Shown here one piece after another: positions 31,544 to 42,532 of a DNA stretch of 64,000 nucleotides. The notes beneath the pieces are model-generated. The model made no database searches. It was not told the DNA's origin and worked only from the letters and a program-made list of their open reading frames with translations. The DNA comes from Vicinamibacterales bacterium (GTDB lineage: Bacteria > Acidobacteriota > Vicinamibacteria > Vicinamibacterales > UBA8438): positions 964,915 to 1,028,914 of the forward strand of contig OZ244656.1 of NCBI GenBank assembly GCA_965218825.1, given 5' to 3'. Each line of letters begins with the position of its first letter. The stretch's first letter is position 1. Made by a program: the position numbers and the translations under genes.

Positions 31544-33004
31544 ATGACGAAACCAGCAGGGGAGATCTTCTCGTCCCGGTGGGCGCTCATCCTGGCCGGT
31601 CTGGGTATGGCCGTCGGGACCGGAAACCTCTGGCGCTTTCCGCGGATAGCGGCCCAAAACGGCGGCGCGGCGTTCTTGATTCCCTGGCTCATCTTTCTCG
31701 TCGTCTGGTCGTTGCCGATCATGATCGCGGAGTTTGGCATCGGTCGGGCGGCTCGCAGGGGGCCGGTCGGCGCGTTCACCACGCTCCTGGGGTCGCGTCA
31801 CGCCTGGATGGGCGGCTTCATTGCGGTGACGACGATCATGATCATGTTCTACTACGCCGTCGTCACCGGGTGGGCGATGAAATACGGTCTGGCGGCGGCC
31901 ACCGGACAGCTCGGTGGAGTGGACGCCGGCGCCTACTGGGCCACGTACAGCACATCGGTCTGGCAGCCCCTCCTGTTTCATGCCGTCGCGGTGGTGGCCG
32001 GCGCCGCGATCGTCGCACGGGGCGTGACGAGCGGAATCGAACGGGCGCACCGGGTCTTGATCCCGTTGCTGTTCGTGTTGCTCCTCGTCGCGGTGGCGCG
32101 CGCGGTGACGCTGCCGGGCGCGGGCCGCGGTCTGAGCTTCCTCTTCAGACCGGACCTGTCGGCGTTGGTCAGCTATCGCACCTGGCTCGAGGCGCTGACA
32201 CAGTCGGCCTGGTCGACGGGTGCGGGCTGGGGGCTCATCCTCGCCTACGGCGTCTATGTTCGGCGTCGAGAAGACGTCGTGATCAACGCCGTGGCGATCG
32301 GCGTCGGCAACAACGTGGCCTCATTACTGGCTGGGATGGCGGTGTTGCCGACCGCGTTCGCGGTGTTGTCGGTTGGCGACGCGCTCGACGTGATGGCCTC
32401 CGGCAATCTCGGGCTGACGTTCATCTGGATTCCGCAGCTCTTTGCACAGGTCCCGGGCGGCGGGTTCGTGCTGCCGCTGTTTTTCGTGGCGCTATCCTGC
32501 GCCGCGTTGTCCTCCCTGATCGCCATGATCGAGCTGGCAACCCGGGTGCTGATGGACGGTGGAATGGCACGGGCCGTCGCCGTCCGACTCGTCGCCGTCG
32601 CCGCGGTCGTGTGTGGCATTCCCTCAGCCGTGAGCCTCGCCGTATTCGAGAACCAGGACTGGGTGTGGGGTCTGGGGTTGATGATCAGCGGGCTGTTCGT
32701 CGCGGTCGCCGTGATCCGATACGGTCCGGCCCGGTTTCGTCAGGAGTTGATCGAGCTGGAGCCGAGCCACGTACGGCTGGGGCGTCTGTACGACTGGACG
32801 ATCACGTATCTGATCCCGGTGCAGTTCGCCGTCATGTTCGGCTGGTGGATGTATCAGGCGGTCGTCGTCTACGACCCTGAGGCCTGGTGGAATCCCATCC
32901 GGATGTACAGCGTCGGTACCTGCGTGCTGCAGTGGGGCGTCGTCCTGGTCGTGCTGCGACTTTTGAACGACAGGATCGCGGCAGCGAGCACGCGACCGGC
33001 GTGA
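31544..33004 (+). CDS. Sodium-dependent transporter, NSS/SNF family
   Basis: FSSRWALILAGLGMAVGTGNLWRFP...NGGAAFLIPW; many TM segments. Confidence 0.92.
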   Translation: MTKPAGEIFSSRWALILAGLGMAVGTGNLWRFPRIAAQNGGAAFLIPWLIFLVVWSLPIMIAEFGIGRAARRGPVGAFTTLLGSRHAWMGGFIAVTTIMIMFYYAVVTGWAMKYGLAAATGQLGGVDAGAYWATYSTSVWQPLLFHAVAVVAGAAIVARGVTSGIERAHRVLIPLLFVLLLVAVARAVTLPGAGRGLSFLFRPDLSALVSYRTWLEALTQSAWSTGAGWGLILAYGVYVRRREDVVINAVAIGVGNNVASLLAGMAVLPTAFAVLSVGDALDVMASGNLGLTFIWIPQLFAQVPGGGFVLPLFFVALSCAALSSLIAMIELATRVLMDGGMARAVAVRLVAVAAVVCGIPSAVSLAVFENQDWVWGLGLMISGLFVAVAVIRYGPARFRQELIELEPSHVRLGRLYDWTITYLIPVQFAVMFGWWMYQAVVVYDPEAWWNPIRMYSVGTCVLQWGVVLVVLRLLNDRIAAASTRPA

Positions 33005-33094
33005 GGCTGCGCCCCGGGGGTGTGCTACGCTGTCCCTGTGAGGGTCGTCGGTCCGGACGAACGGGCCGCGACGTTACCAAGAGGAGAGGTGAAG

Positions 33095-33526
33095 GTGTAT
33101 CCAGAATTCTTTATCCAGCCGATGCGCGAGGAGTTGACCCGTCACGGCGTTCAGGAGCTTCGCACGGCTGACGACGTCGACACGGTCCTCGGCTCGAGTT
33201 CGGGAACCGTCATGGTCGTGGTCAACTCCGTGTGCGGCTGCGCGGCCGGGAAGGCGCGACCAGGTATCGCGATGGCGCTCCAGCACGGTGTGAAGCCCGA
33301 TGTGGTAGCGACCGTTTTTGCGGGGGCCGACGTCGAGGCGACCGAACGGGCGCGTGGCTACTTCACGGGGTATCCGCCGTCATCGCCGGCGGTCGCCCTG
33401 CTGCGTGGCGGCAAGATCATCTATATGATGGAGCGTCACCAGATCGAGAATCAGGAGGCGCAGAGCATCGCCGCCGATCTGACGGCGGCATTCGACACGC
33501 ACTGCGCGACCGAAGCCGTGAGCTGA
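33095..33526 (+). CDS. BrxA/BrxB-family bacilliredoxin
   Basis: MYPEFFIQPMREELT, VNSVCGCAAGKARP, PPSSP; GTG start at 33095. Confidence 0.9.
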   Translation: MYPEFFIQPMREELTRHGVQELRTADDVDTVLGSSSGTVMVVVNSVCGCAAGKARPGIAMALQHGVKPDVVATVFAGADVEATERARGYFTGYPPSSPAVALLRGGKIIYMMERHQIENQEAQSIAADLTAAFDTHCATEAVS

Positions 33527-33599
33527 CTCAGCGGAGACCGGCATGAGCGTGAGGGCGGCGCATCCGGGCGCCGCCCTTCGTGTGTACACGTTCGCTGAG

Positions 33600-33865
33600 G
33601 CACGCGGCCCGCGGCGGCTATCGGGCAGGTGGCGGGAGCTCGGTGCGTTGGCGGTGGGGTGGCCGGGACAATTGGGAGCGGACGGCCCCTCTGGTATCGC
33701 CGCACGCTCTCACCCACGACGTCGGCCAGCATGTCGAGGAACCGCGGATGGTCGTTGACCGACGCGGCGCGGGACGCAGAAATAGACCTGCACCCCGGTG
33801 GCGATCGAGAAGGTGCGATGGGCCGCCAGTTCCAGGCCACGATCCCAGGTCAACGTGGCCATGAG
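33600..33865 (-). pseudogene. Fused fragments: IS30 transposase piece (~33772-33865) joined to a ferrochelatase-like C-terminus (~33600-33771)
   Basis: LTWDRGLELAAH...VQVYFC (IS30) and RAASVNDHPRFLDMLADVV (HemH-like). Confidence 0.5.
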
Positions 33866-33927
33866 CCCGTACTCGCCCACGAGGAGACGCAAGTGCCCTT
33901 CGCCGAGGGGGACGACGCGACTGAGAC

Positions 33928-34750
33928 GGAAGTGTTGCAACTTTGAAAGTGGTGACGGAAGCCGTTTCGGTATCGAGGTCTCATGCCGCCACCTCGAACA
34001 GCCTGTTGATGAACTGAATCTGGCGCCACACATCCGAGCCGCTCACCCACCTCGCCTGCCCCTTCCGAATCATGTGCATTGCCTCGTAGCCTTGGATTGT
34101 CCGCCGCGCCGCGTGAAACTCGCGAAACCCCTGTTTGGCCTTTACCCGTCGTTTGATCGCTCGATGGTCCTGCTCCAGGATATTGTTCAAGTATTGGACC
34201 GGCCGATGGCGGCAGCGGCCGCGCAGGGTGCCGTCCTCTTTCACGGCTGGAATCGCCGCGCCGTAGAGGCGGGCCTGATCGGTGTTGATGACGCGGGGCT
34301 GCGGATGCGATGGATCGCTGAGCGCCTGGCGAAACAACCGTTTGGCCGCCGCAGCATCGCGGAGCGCTGACAGGAGGAAGTCGATGGTGGCGCCTGTGGA
34401 ATCAATAGCCCGATACAAATAGCACCAGCGGCCCTTGACCCGCACATAGGTTTCATCAACACGCCAGGATTTGTTGGTTGGCTTGAGATGCCGGCGCAGC
34501 CTCTGCTCGAGTTCCGGCCCGTAGCGCTGCACCCAGCGCCAGACCGTCGTGTGGTCCGCTTGCAGGCCGCGTGCATCGAGGAGCTCTTCGACATCGCGGA
34601 GCGAGAGTGAGTACCGAAGATACCAGCGCACGGCGCAAAGAATCACCTCCGGAGCCGTCTGCCGCCACTTGAAGATCGCCGGTCGGATTGGCTGCTTCAT
34701 GATCTTGTTAGGCTACCAGGCCCGCCGCTGGCCAAAGTTGCAACACATCG
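33928..34750 (-). mobile_element. IS6-family insertion sequence, copy 1
   Basis: IR GGAAGTGTTGCAACTTT / (G)GATGTGTTGCAACTTT; nearly identical to 58204-59026. Confidence 0.9.
33981..34700 (-). CDS. IS6-family transposase
   Basis: AVRWYLRYSLS, WRVDETYVRVKGRW.YLYRAID, YLNNILEQDHR. Confidence 0.95.
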   Translation of the reverse strand: MKQPIRPAIFKWRQTAPEVILCAVRWYLRYSLSLRDVEELLDARGLQADHTTVWRWVQRYGPELEQRLRRHLKPTNKSWRVDETYVRVKGRWCYLYRAIDSTGATIDFLLSALRDAAAAKRLFRQALSDPSHPQPRVINTDQARLYGAAIPAVKEDGTLRGRCRHRPVQYLNNILEQDHRAIKRRVKAKQGFREFHAARRTIQGYEAMHMIRKGQARWVSGSDVWRQIQFINRLFEVAA

Positions 34751-35022
34751 TTTTGGATCCTTACATGTACCGTCTGAGCGGAGGCTCCCAACGGACTCCG
34801 CTCAGACAGCCAGAGCACGGCGCGACACATTTCGTTCGCGCCGTTTCGGCCCCTGTGAATGATTCCGCCGGCCGGCGCGCGGATGGGTCAGCGCGCAGTT
34901 CGCCATCGCATCGGGCGTCAGCCCGCACGTGATCCCGGCACGTTGTCACGTACCCGTCAGGTATGCGAGGATGACCAGCGTGCTCCTTGGGGCTGCGGTG
35001 CCTCGTAGGAGCGAGAGCGCTC

Positions 35023-36609
35023 ATGCAGCGGATCACGTCCGTCCGCGGACTGCGGCTGGTGCCCCTGGTGGCGGTGCTCGCCCTGGCTGCGCCGGCGGGC
35101 GCGCAAGCACCGTTCCACCCCGCGCTCGACGCCGAGGCCTTCCCCGTTCCTGACGCGCTCGTGCCCAGCGTCGCGTTCTGGCGCGACGTGTTCGCGCGCT
35201 ACGAGTCCACGCAAACGGTTATCCACGACGACGAGCACCTCGACGTCGTCTTCGCTGTGGTCGATGTCGACGATCTGGTGCGTAGCGGCGCTGCGGCCAT
35301 TGTGATCGAGCGCGCGCAGCGCGACCGCATCCGGAACGAGATCCGCCGGTACCAGCAGGTGCTGCACCACCTGGGCGGTGACCGCGGAGCCGAGACTAGC
35401 GACGAGGATCTCGCGCATGTGCGCCGGCTGTACGCCGGGTCCGCCCGGGGCGCCGCCGACTTCCGCGCTGCGGCGGACCGCGTGCGGGGCCAAACGGGCC
35501 TCAGGGACCGCTTCCGCGAGGCCATCGAAATCTCCGGTCTGTTCATGCCCGGCATCGAACGGATCCTCGGCGAGCACGGGGTGCCGGCCATCGTCAAGTG
35601 CCTGCCGTTTGTCGAGTCGATGTACAACTACCGGGCACGGTCGCGTGTGGGCGCCTCCGGCGTCTGGCAGATAATGCCCGGCACGGCGCGACAGTACGTG
35701 CAGATGGACTCGGCCGTGGACGCGCGGTCCGACGTCTGGCTTGCCGCTGAGGGAGCGGCCCGGTTGCTGGCCGACAACTACCGGCGGGTCGTCAGTTGGC
35801 CGCTCGCCTTGACCGGCTACAACCACGGCATCGCGGGCATGGAGCGTGCGGTCCGGCAGGTGGGTAGCTCCAGCATCGACGCCATCATCGAGGGCTACCG
35901 GGCGCGCACCTTCGGGTTTGCGTCGCGCAACTTCTACGTGGAGTTCATCGCCGCCGTCACCGTGTTCGCCGACCGCGCCGAGCTGTTTCCCGGCGTGGAA
36001 CCGCTCCCACCGCTCGAGTTCGATGCCGTCACACCGGGCCGGTTCGTCTCGCTGCTTGACCTAGCCAGTCTCACCGGCACCGACGTGGATGCCCTGGTGA
36101 CGCTCAACCCGGCGCTCCACGACGATGTCGGGCGCGGCACGCTGCTGGTGCCGGCCGAGTACCCCCTGCGGGTGCCACGCGGGCGGCGCGCGGACTTCGC
36201 GCGCGCACTCGCCACCCTGCCTGAGTCGCGCAAGCGCGACCGGCAGATCACCGCCACGTACCGCGTGGTGCGGGGTGACACGCTGGGTGCCATCGCGCGC
36301 CGCTTTGGCACCGCGACGGCAGCGCTCCAGCGGGCCAACCACCTGCCGCGCGCGGACCGGATCTACATCAACCAGGTGCTGGAGATCCCCACCGGCGGCG
36401 GTACCTGGTCGCCGCTGGTCTGGTCGCCGGGCTCGGTCGTGACCAGCAACGCCCGCGTGCACATCGTGCAGCGCGGCGAGACGCTCACCCAGATTGCCGC
36501 GCGGTACGGCCGGTCGGTCCAGGCCCTGGTGGCCGCCAACGACCTCCGGTCGCCGAACCGGCTCCAGATCGGGGCGCGGTTGTCGATTCCTGGACCGGCC
36601 GTCGAGTAG
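35023..36609 (+). CDS. MltD-like lytic transglycosylase with LysM domains
   Basis: Signal peptide; LPFVES..., GASGVWQIMP, LALTGYNHG; LysM repeats YRVVRGDTL and HIVQRGETL. Confidence 0.9.
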   Translation: MQRITSVRGLRLVPLVAVLALAAPAGAQAPFHPALDAEAFPVPDALVPSVAFWRDVFARYESTQTVIHDDEHLDVVFAVVDVDDLVRSGAAAIVIERAQRDRIRNEIRRYQQVLHHLGGDRGAETSDEDLAHVRRLYAGSARGAADFRAAADRVRGQTGLRDRFREAIEISGLFMPGIERILGEHGVPAIVKCLPFVESMYNYRARSRVGASGVWQIMPGTARQYVQMDSAVDARSDVWLAAEGAARLLADNYRRVVSWPLALTGYNHGIAGMERAVRQVGSSSIDAIIEGYRARTFGFASRNFYVEFIAAVTVFADRAELFPGVEPLPPLEFDAVTPGRFVSLLDLASLTGTDVDALVTLNPALHDDVGRGTLLVPAEYPLRVPRGRRADFARALATLPESRKRDRQITATYRVVRGDTLGAIARRFGTATAALQRANHLPRADRIYINQVLEIPTGGGTWSPLVWSPGSVVTSNARVHIVQRGETLTQIAARYGRSVQALVAANDLRSPNRLQIGARLSIPGPAVE

Positions 36610-36714
36610 GCTGCGGGGTATTGTCAAGTTGAGGCTAACGGCCGTTTCTGATCAGCATGGCGGGTTCGAGCCCAGTATCTTGGGGGTCGCTCGACGAGCT
36701 TTTCGTCAACTTGA

Positions 36715-36971
36715 CTGTGAGCACGATCCCCCCTGCCTGACGGGGTCGCTCCATGACACCGGTGGGTGCCGGTGGTGGTGGCCTGACCCTCAACTTGACT
36801 GACCTACGGTCCTTGCTACTGATCTGTCGGTCATCGTCCGCCGGCGAATCGTATGGCTGCTAGCTGACCGGATGGGCCGTGACCCAATAGGGGCCTGCTG
36901 CACCCACGGCCCGTCACAGTCCTGTCCGCCCACCCGGGCCAGCTCGGGCCGCAACCCGAGGAGGCCACCCC
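36715..36971 (+). ncRNA. Putative bridge/seek RNA in the IS110 left end
   Basis: ~260-nt structured non-coding region before the IS110 ORF; internal segments match the flank (36790-36801) and complement the element end (36914-36921). Confidence 0.6.
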
Positions 36972-37562
36972 GTGACCAACCGCATGCCCACGCCGCCTGA
37001 AGCGCGGACGGTGATCGTCGGCGTTGATACGCATACGCATGTCCACGTCGCCGTGGCAATCGACAGCTGGGGGATCCGTCTACGCGATCAAGCGTTCGTC
37101 GCTGACTCGGGCGGCTACCAGGCGCTGATCACGTGGGCCGAGACCCACGGGCGGATTGAAGCGTTCGGCATCGAAGGCACCGGCAGCTATGGCGCCGGCC
37201 TGGCACGCCGGTGCGTCGCGCGGGGCATCGGGTCGTAGAAGTGAATCGGGGCGACCGGCGCACGCGACGCGCCGCCGGCAAGTCCGACACCATCGATGCG
37301 GAGGTCGCCGCGCGGTCCGTACTGGCGGGTCAGTCGACAGCCATTCCCAAGACTGCGGACGGCGCCGTCGAGATGATGCGCCAGCTGAAGATCACGCGGG
37401 ATACCGCGGTGAAGGCGCGCACCACGGCGATGAACACGCTGAAGCAGATCGTCGTGAATGCGCCACCCCACCTGCGAGAAGCCCTCCACGCCCTCACCGA
37501 TCACGGCCTGCTCACGCGCTGCGCCGGACTCCGACCGGGCCCCCTCGACACGCCCACCGAGG
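36972..37562 (+). pseudogene. IS110-family recombinase, frameshifted (~37208) and 3'-truncated
   Basis: VGVDTH, GIEGTGSYGAGL and GKSDTIDA (DEDD RuvC-like domain). Confidence 0.85.
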
Positions 37563-37725
37563 CGGCCGCCGCCGCGGTCTGGAACGCCAGTACTCCGGCG
37601 ACGAACGCGACGATGGTCAGGCTGGAGACGACGAAGACCGGATTGTGGGCGTCAAGGCCGAGGAACTGGACGTTGTCCTGACCCAGTTTGTAGTCGATCT
37701 TCGAGATCTCAGCACAGGGTTCCAT
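37560..37725 (-). pseudogene. 5' fragment of a BCCT-family transporter
   Basis: DYKLGQDNVQFLGLDAHNPVFVVSSL resembles the BCCT N-terminus; abuts the IS110 remnant. Confidence 0.6.
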
Positions 37726-37830
37726 CAGCGGCGCTCGATGAGATTCCGCGTCACCGTCCGCGGCCGCCCGGTCATAGATATTTCGCGTATCGCTTGCCGC
37801 GCGGCGGAGGACGTCCTGGACGATTTTCCG

Positions 37831-40800
37831 TCAGCCTCCGAACCGATAGGTCAGCGCCGCCTTGATCCGGCGGCCCTTCGGGTCGTGCGTGAAGCCGTCG
37901 TACGATTGCTCGATGTTGGCCCAGGGTGGGATCCGGCCGGTCAGATTCAACGCATAGAGTGTGAGATTGATGCCGCTGTCTGGGAAGCGCCACAGGAAAC
38001 TCGTATCCCACGTGAGAAATGGGTCGATGACGGGGGCGGTGGTGGTGCTGCCCGGGTCCTCGTAGGCGGAGATGTAGCTCACATAGTTCGCGAGGGTGTA
38101 CGTGTTCCAGGTGTACGAAGCCGACCACCGGCTCTTCCAGCGAGGCAGCGGCACCGCGATCGGGTGGGCGAAGTTCAGGTAGCCGGCGGTGTTCCGCCTG
38201 GTGTAGAGCGTCAGGTCCGTGCCCTCCAGCATCAGAGCCTTCGTCTCGTACTCCACCGTGTAGGTGGCATCCCAACTGGCCGAGAGCTGGCCCGGTCCCG
38301 CGTCGACCCTGGCGGCGAGGTGCGTGTCGATCCCGGAGGTCGTGAGCCCCGGCCAGTTCACGAGGTCGAGCTGGACCCGTTCGAGGTTCGCGGCGGCGCA
38401 TCGGCTGGCAGGCAGCAGATCCGAGGCCTTGCCTTCCGGACAGACGATGAATGGTGACAGGGCATCCCGGGTCGCCGGATCGTCGCTGTTGTAGAGGCTG
38501 GTAACCGCGTCGTAGGGCATCGAGCCGATCACGTGCTCGAAGTCATAGCTCCAGTAATCGACCGTCGCTTCGACGCCTCCCTCCAGGAACAGCACCGCGC
38601 CGACGTTGTAGGTAAACGCCTGCTCGGGGAGGAGGTCCGGGCGCCCGAACCGGTCGACCGCCTGGTAGGCGCCCGTCTCCGGGATCCACTCAAGGGTTGT
38701 CAGCGGGCTGGGGTTCAGGTCGTCGAGCGACGGTGTCCGGAACGTAGTCTGCACAGAGCCACGCAGCGCCAAGGAGTAATGCAGGTTTTCAGCGACCTGC
38801 AGGCGCCCACCGACTTTCGGATCGAAGCTACTCACATGGCGGCCGGCGACATTGTAGAACTCGTAGTTCGCGGCGAGCTGGGTATCTAACCGGGGGCCGA
38901 CGCGCAGGGCGACCTCGCCGAAGACCCGCTGCACCTGCTGGTCCGCCTGATAGGGGCGGTGGACGTTGGTGAAGAGGTAGGGACCGAACCGGTCGCCAGC
39001 CGCGCAGCCCGTGTCGCCCGCCACCGGGCACGGATTCCTGGTCACGTCGCCGGGGTCGTTCGGGTCACCATCGGCGCGCATCCCGCGGTACTGGTACCCG
39101 ACGGCGAAGTCAGCCACGTTCTCGACGAGGCTGCCGCTCAGCGTGGCGTCCGCCACGAACAGGTCGGTCGTGCTGACCAGGTTCACTTCATCGTTGAGCC
39201 ACAGCCGCAACGCCTCGGGGTTCGCCAGCCCGGCGACGTAGTCAGGGTTTGGCGTGTTCTCGAACGGCGACCTCGGTTGATCGGAGTACTGGATGGCGTT
39301 GCTGAACGGGTTGTAGTACAGGCAGGGGCCCTGCCCCGCCACCGCGCCGTCGAGTGCTCCGAGCGCCATCCCGGCGGGAGAACTCCGGTCCGCCGTCACG
39401 CCGACGCCGCAGTCCGGTCCGCCGAAGCCGCGGAAGGCGCGGAAGATCCGATCGGTGTACACCGCCGGCAGGTTCAGATTACCCTGGGCCCGGGCGTAGG
39501 TGAGGCCGACGTCCCAATGAGCGTTCCGGCCCCCGGCCAGGAAGTCGCCGTCGACCGACCCCGCGATCCGCTGGGTGCGGGACTGCCGGCTCAGCCGGCG
39601 CCCAGGACCCGAGTTCCCGAACGGGCGGCCGTTGAAGTACCAGTGGTCGCGGCCCGCGCAGGCGCCCATCGGGTCGCCACGACTGTCGCCTGCGTACGTC
39701 GCGCAGTGTGCCTGCCGGCCCGGGTGGTCGGGCGCCACCTCCATGATGGTGGTACTCGTCAGCGGGAAGGGGGGGTAGGACGGCGTCGTGTACCAGTTCG
39801 GAATCGTCGCGTCGGCCCAGAGACCCTCGATGTGATAGTTGGTCCGGGCGTTCAGCGGGCCGTTGAGCTCACCGAAGGCGCGGGTCTGTTGCTGCTCGTC
39901 GATCAGGTTGTCGTACGGCGCGTAACGAAACCGGCAGGTCCAGCCCTCGTCCTGGCCGCCGAAATCCGTACACCGGGGGTCGAAGACATCGGCCGTCCAC
40001 GGCGTGGGGGCCCCGACGGCAAACGTGCCGGGGTTCCCGATGCTGGACCACCCCGCGCGGCTGTCCGCGCCGTACATGCTCAGCCGATCGAGGGTCCAGG
40101 GGCGATCCACCATTTGCAGCTCCTGGCGACCGACCCGTTCTGCGGAAAACACCGCGCTGGAAGCGCCGATCCGTCCACCCCAGATCCCGGCGACGGTCGT
40201 ATCGCCCGCGCTGTCGAAGTAGTCGTGCGACACGTTGAGCTCGAACCCCCGGAAATCGCTGCGCGTCACAAAGTTAGCGACGCCACCGACCGCGTCGGAG
40301 CCGTAGGTCGCCGCGGCACCCTCCTTCAGCACCTCGAGCCTGCCGACCGCGATCGCCGGAATCGTGTTCACGTCGACGAAACGGCCGCCGATGAGACGCG
40401 CGGGGACCGGCACGTGGCGGCGGCCGTTGAGCAGCACCAGGGTCCGTGAGGCGCCGAGGCCACGCAGGTTGACGTTCGCCACGTTCTCGGTGAGCGTCGC
40501 CGGCTGGTTCGAGTTGTACCAACTATTCCGCTCGCCGATCACGCCGTGGCTGACACTCAGGTTCTTGAAGAGATCGACGAGTTGCGTCGACCCTTGCTGA
40601 ACCATCGTCTCCCGGCTGACCACCGCGACCGCGTGGGGCATGTTGATGGCCGGCGCATCGATGGCGGTGCCCGTCACCGCCACGGTCACGGCTTCGAACA
40701 GGCCGCCGACCCGCAGGCTGACGTCGACCGTCGCCGTAGACACGCTGGCCAGATCGACGGCGCGCGCCAACTGCTCGAAGCCGGGCAGCGTAAACGTGAG

Positions 40801-41025
40801 CGTGTACGCGCCCGGCGGCAGCGCCGCGAACGCGTACTGCCCGGTCCCATCGGTCACAATCACAAGGGGGCCGCCGGCAAGCACGGGGGCCGCCGCGGTA
40901 ATGGTCACGCCGGGCAGGACGCCGCCGGTGGCGTCGGTGACCGTGCCCGTAATGCGGCCGTCCTGCGCGACGGTGTCGGACGGCGCCGCCAGCAGGCACG
41001 CTACGATCAGTGCGATCTTCATCAT
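37831..41025 (-). CDS. TonB-dependent receptor with N-terminal carboxypeptidase-regulatory-like domain
   Basis: Signal peptide; ITGTVTDATGGVLPGVT; plug NLRGLGASRTLVLLNGRR, EVLKEGAAATYGSDAVGGVANF; C-terminal YRF. Confidence 0.93.
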   Translation of the reverse strand: MMKIALIVACLLAAPSDTVAQDGRITGTVTDATGGVLPGVTITAAAPVLAGGPLVIVTDGTGQYAFAALPPGAYTLTFTLPGFEQLARAVDLASVSTATVDVSLRVGGLFEAVTVAVTGTAIDAPAINMPHAVAVVSRETMVQQGSTQLVDLFKNLSVSHGVIGERNSWYNSNQPATLTENVANVNLRGLGASRTLVLLNGRRHVPVPARLIGGRFVDVNTIPAIAVGRLEVLKEGAAATYGSDAVGGVANFVTRSDFRGFELNVSHDYFDSAGDTTVAGIWGGRIGASSAVFSAERVGRQELQMVDRPWTLDRLSMYGADSRAGWSSIGNPGTFAVGAPTPWTADVFDPRCTDFGGQDEGWTCRFRYAPYDNLIDEQQQTRAFGELNGPLNARTNYHIEGLWADATIPNWYTTPSYPPFPLTSTTIMEVAPDHPGRQAHCATYAGDSRGDPMGACAGRDHWYFNGRPFGNSGPGRRLSRQSRTQRIAGSVDGDFLAGGRNAHWDVGLTYARAQGNLNLPAVYTDRIFRAFRGFGGPDCGVGVTADRSSPAGMALGALDGAVAGQGPCLYYNPFSNAIQYSDQPRSPFENTPNPDYVAGLANPEALRLWLNDEVNLVSTTDLFVADATLSGSLVENVADFAVGYQYRGMRADGDPNDPGDVTRNPCPVAGDTGCAAGDRFGPYLFTNVHRPYQADQQVQRVFGEVALRVGPRLDTQLAANYEFYNVAGRHVSSFDPKVGGRLQVAENLHYSLALRGSVQTTFRTPSLDDLNPSPLTTLEWIPETGAYQAVDRFGRPDLLPEQAFTYNVGAVLFLEGGVEATVDYWSYDFEHVIGSMPYDAVTSLYNSDDPATRDALSPFIVCPEGKASDLLPASRCAAANLERVQLDLVNWPGLTTSGIDTHLAARVDAGPGQLSASWDATYTVEYETKALMLEGTDLTLYTRRNTAGYLNFAHPIAVPLPRWKSRWSASYTWNTYTLANYVSYISAYEDPGSTTTAPVIDPFLTWDTSFLWRFPDSGINLTLYALNLTGRIPPWANIEQSYDGFTHDPKGRRIKAALTYRFGG

Positions 41026-42532
41026 CTCTTCCGCCTCAAAGGTCCACAAGGGCCTGACGTCAAACAGTCGGACGAACTCTTCCAGGTCACGATCCTACCG
41101 AACACAAGGCTCGCTACGTCGATCGCCCGGCCGGGAACGCGCGATTCAGGCCGGATTCAAACGGTCGTCGCAACACGCCCTCCTTGGTGTGAGAGTAGTA
41201 GTCCGGGATTTCCATTTTGCCTGCCCCGGATGGCACCTTTTATACACCCGAGAGCCGTCGAACCCACGAAACTTTCTTCGTCGCACAATCGTCCAGCTCC
41301 GGAGGCCGTCACCTCAGCCCCCGCTGACGTGCAACCGACTGGAGCCCCTACTTTCAGGGCATTCCTCAGACACCGCTCCACACTCATGCTCTTCTTCGCC
41401 AAGCGGATTCGTTGCACTTGCCGCGCGTCAGCCTGCCGGGACCGGTAGCGCCCAGATCCTCCGCAGCATGTCGCCGAACAGCCGCCGGTTCAGATGCCCT
41501 TCTGCCAGCAGGAGCCAGTAGTACCGCGCATGCTTCACCAGCCGGCCCCCGGTTTTCACCAGCCGCTGCTGCAGACTCGTGAGCGACCAGCGCTTGATCC
41601 GCGGCGGCAGGACCAGTCTGCGCCACAAGTTGCCCAGGTTGTAGGCCAGGACGCTCAGTTGCAGGCGCACTTCGTTCGCCCGGAACCGATGGCACGACAA
41701 CCGCGTCCAGTGGGTCGCCTGCTTGCCTTCTTTGATCCATTGCTCCGCCGTGCCGCGCTTGTTGTAGAACCGGACGACCGAGCGGCTCGGTCGGGCCATG
41801 TTGGTCACGATGAAGCCGACGCGAGGGAATAACTCACCCCGGTGGTGCTCCACCTTGGCGACAATCCGTCTGGGCGTGGTCCAGCTCTTCGCCTGATAGC
41901 GGAAACTCTTGTAGCGCACCAAGGGCTTGCAGCTCGGCCGCCCCGGCGGACGAAAGAGGATGTCTTCGATTGCCAGCTCCAAGCTCTTGTTCGCCGGCAT
42001 GCGGATGGCATAGTCCACGTCGCGTCTCTCGAGCGTCTCGTCGATCTCCGGCTTGGCGAACGCCGCGTCCGCGCGGAACGCCACGCGCTTACCCTCCGCC
42101 TGCTGCCGTTCAATTTCCGGCACGAGCAGGTCGTCCCAGTCGTCGGCGCTATGCACGTTGCCGGGCCGCAGCGTGGCGGCGACGCAGTCGCCGTGCTCAC
42201 TGAACAGAAACAGCGGGTGGTAGCAGACGGACTCGAAGTGCCCGTTATAGGCGCTCCCTTCCTGCGCCCCATGCACCGGGCTCTCGCTCGAATCCATGTC
42301 GAGCACGATCCGGTCGGCGCGCGTCGGTCTCTCGGCCTGTGCGAGCACCTCCCGGTTCACGGCCATTAGCCCGACGAGATTCCCCTCTCGGGTCAGCAGG
42401 TCGGTCTCGAACCAATGCAGGGTCGATGTCAGCGCCGCACCCCGGTCCCAGAGCTTTGGCGACCCGATGAGACGGAATGTCGGGTCCGCCGACACACGCA
42501 CTGCGTCGTTGAGGTCTTCGTAGCCCGCGAGC

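Noticed and set aside
34772-34807. 12-bp stem hairpin GTCTGAGCGGAG/CTCCGCTCAGAC
   Set aside because: Single copy with no U-tract; no function can be supported.
38959-40449. Long + strand ORFs opposite the TonB receptor (likewise 1975-3234, 51794-53197, 20895-21959)
   Set aside because: Antisense shadows of real genes in GC-rich DNA, with no recognisable motifs.
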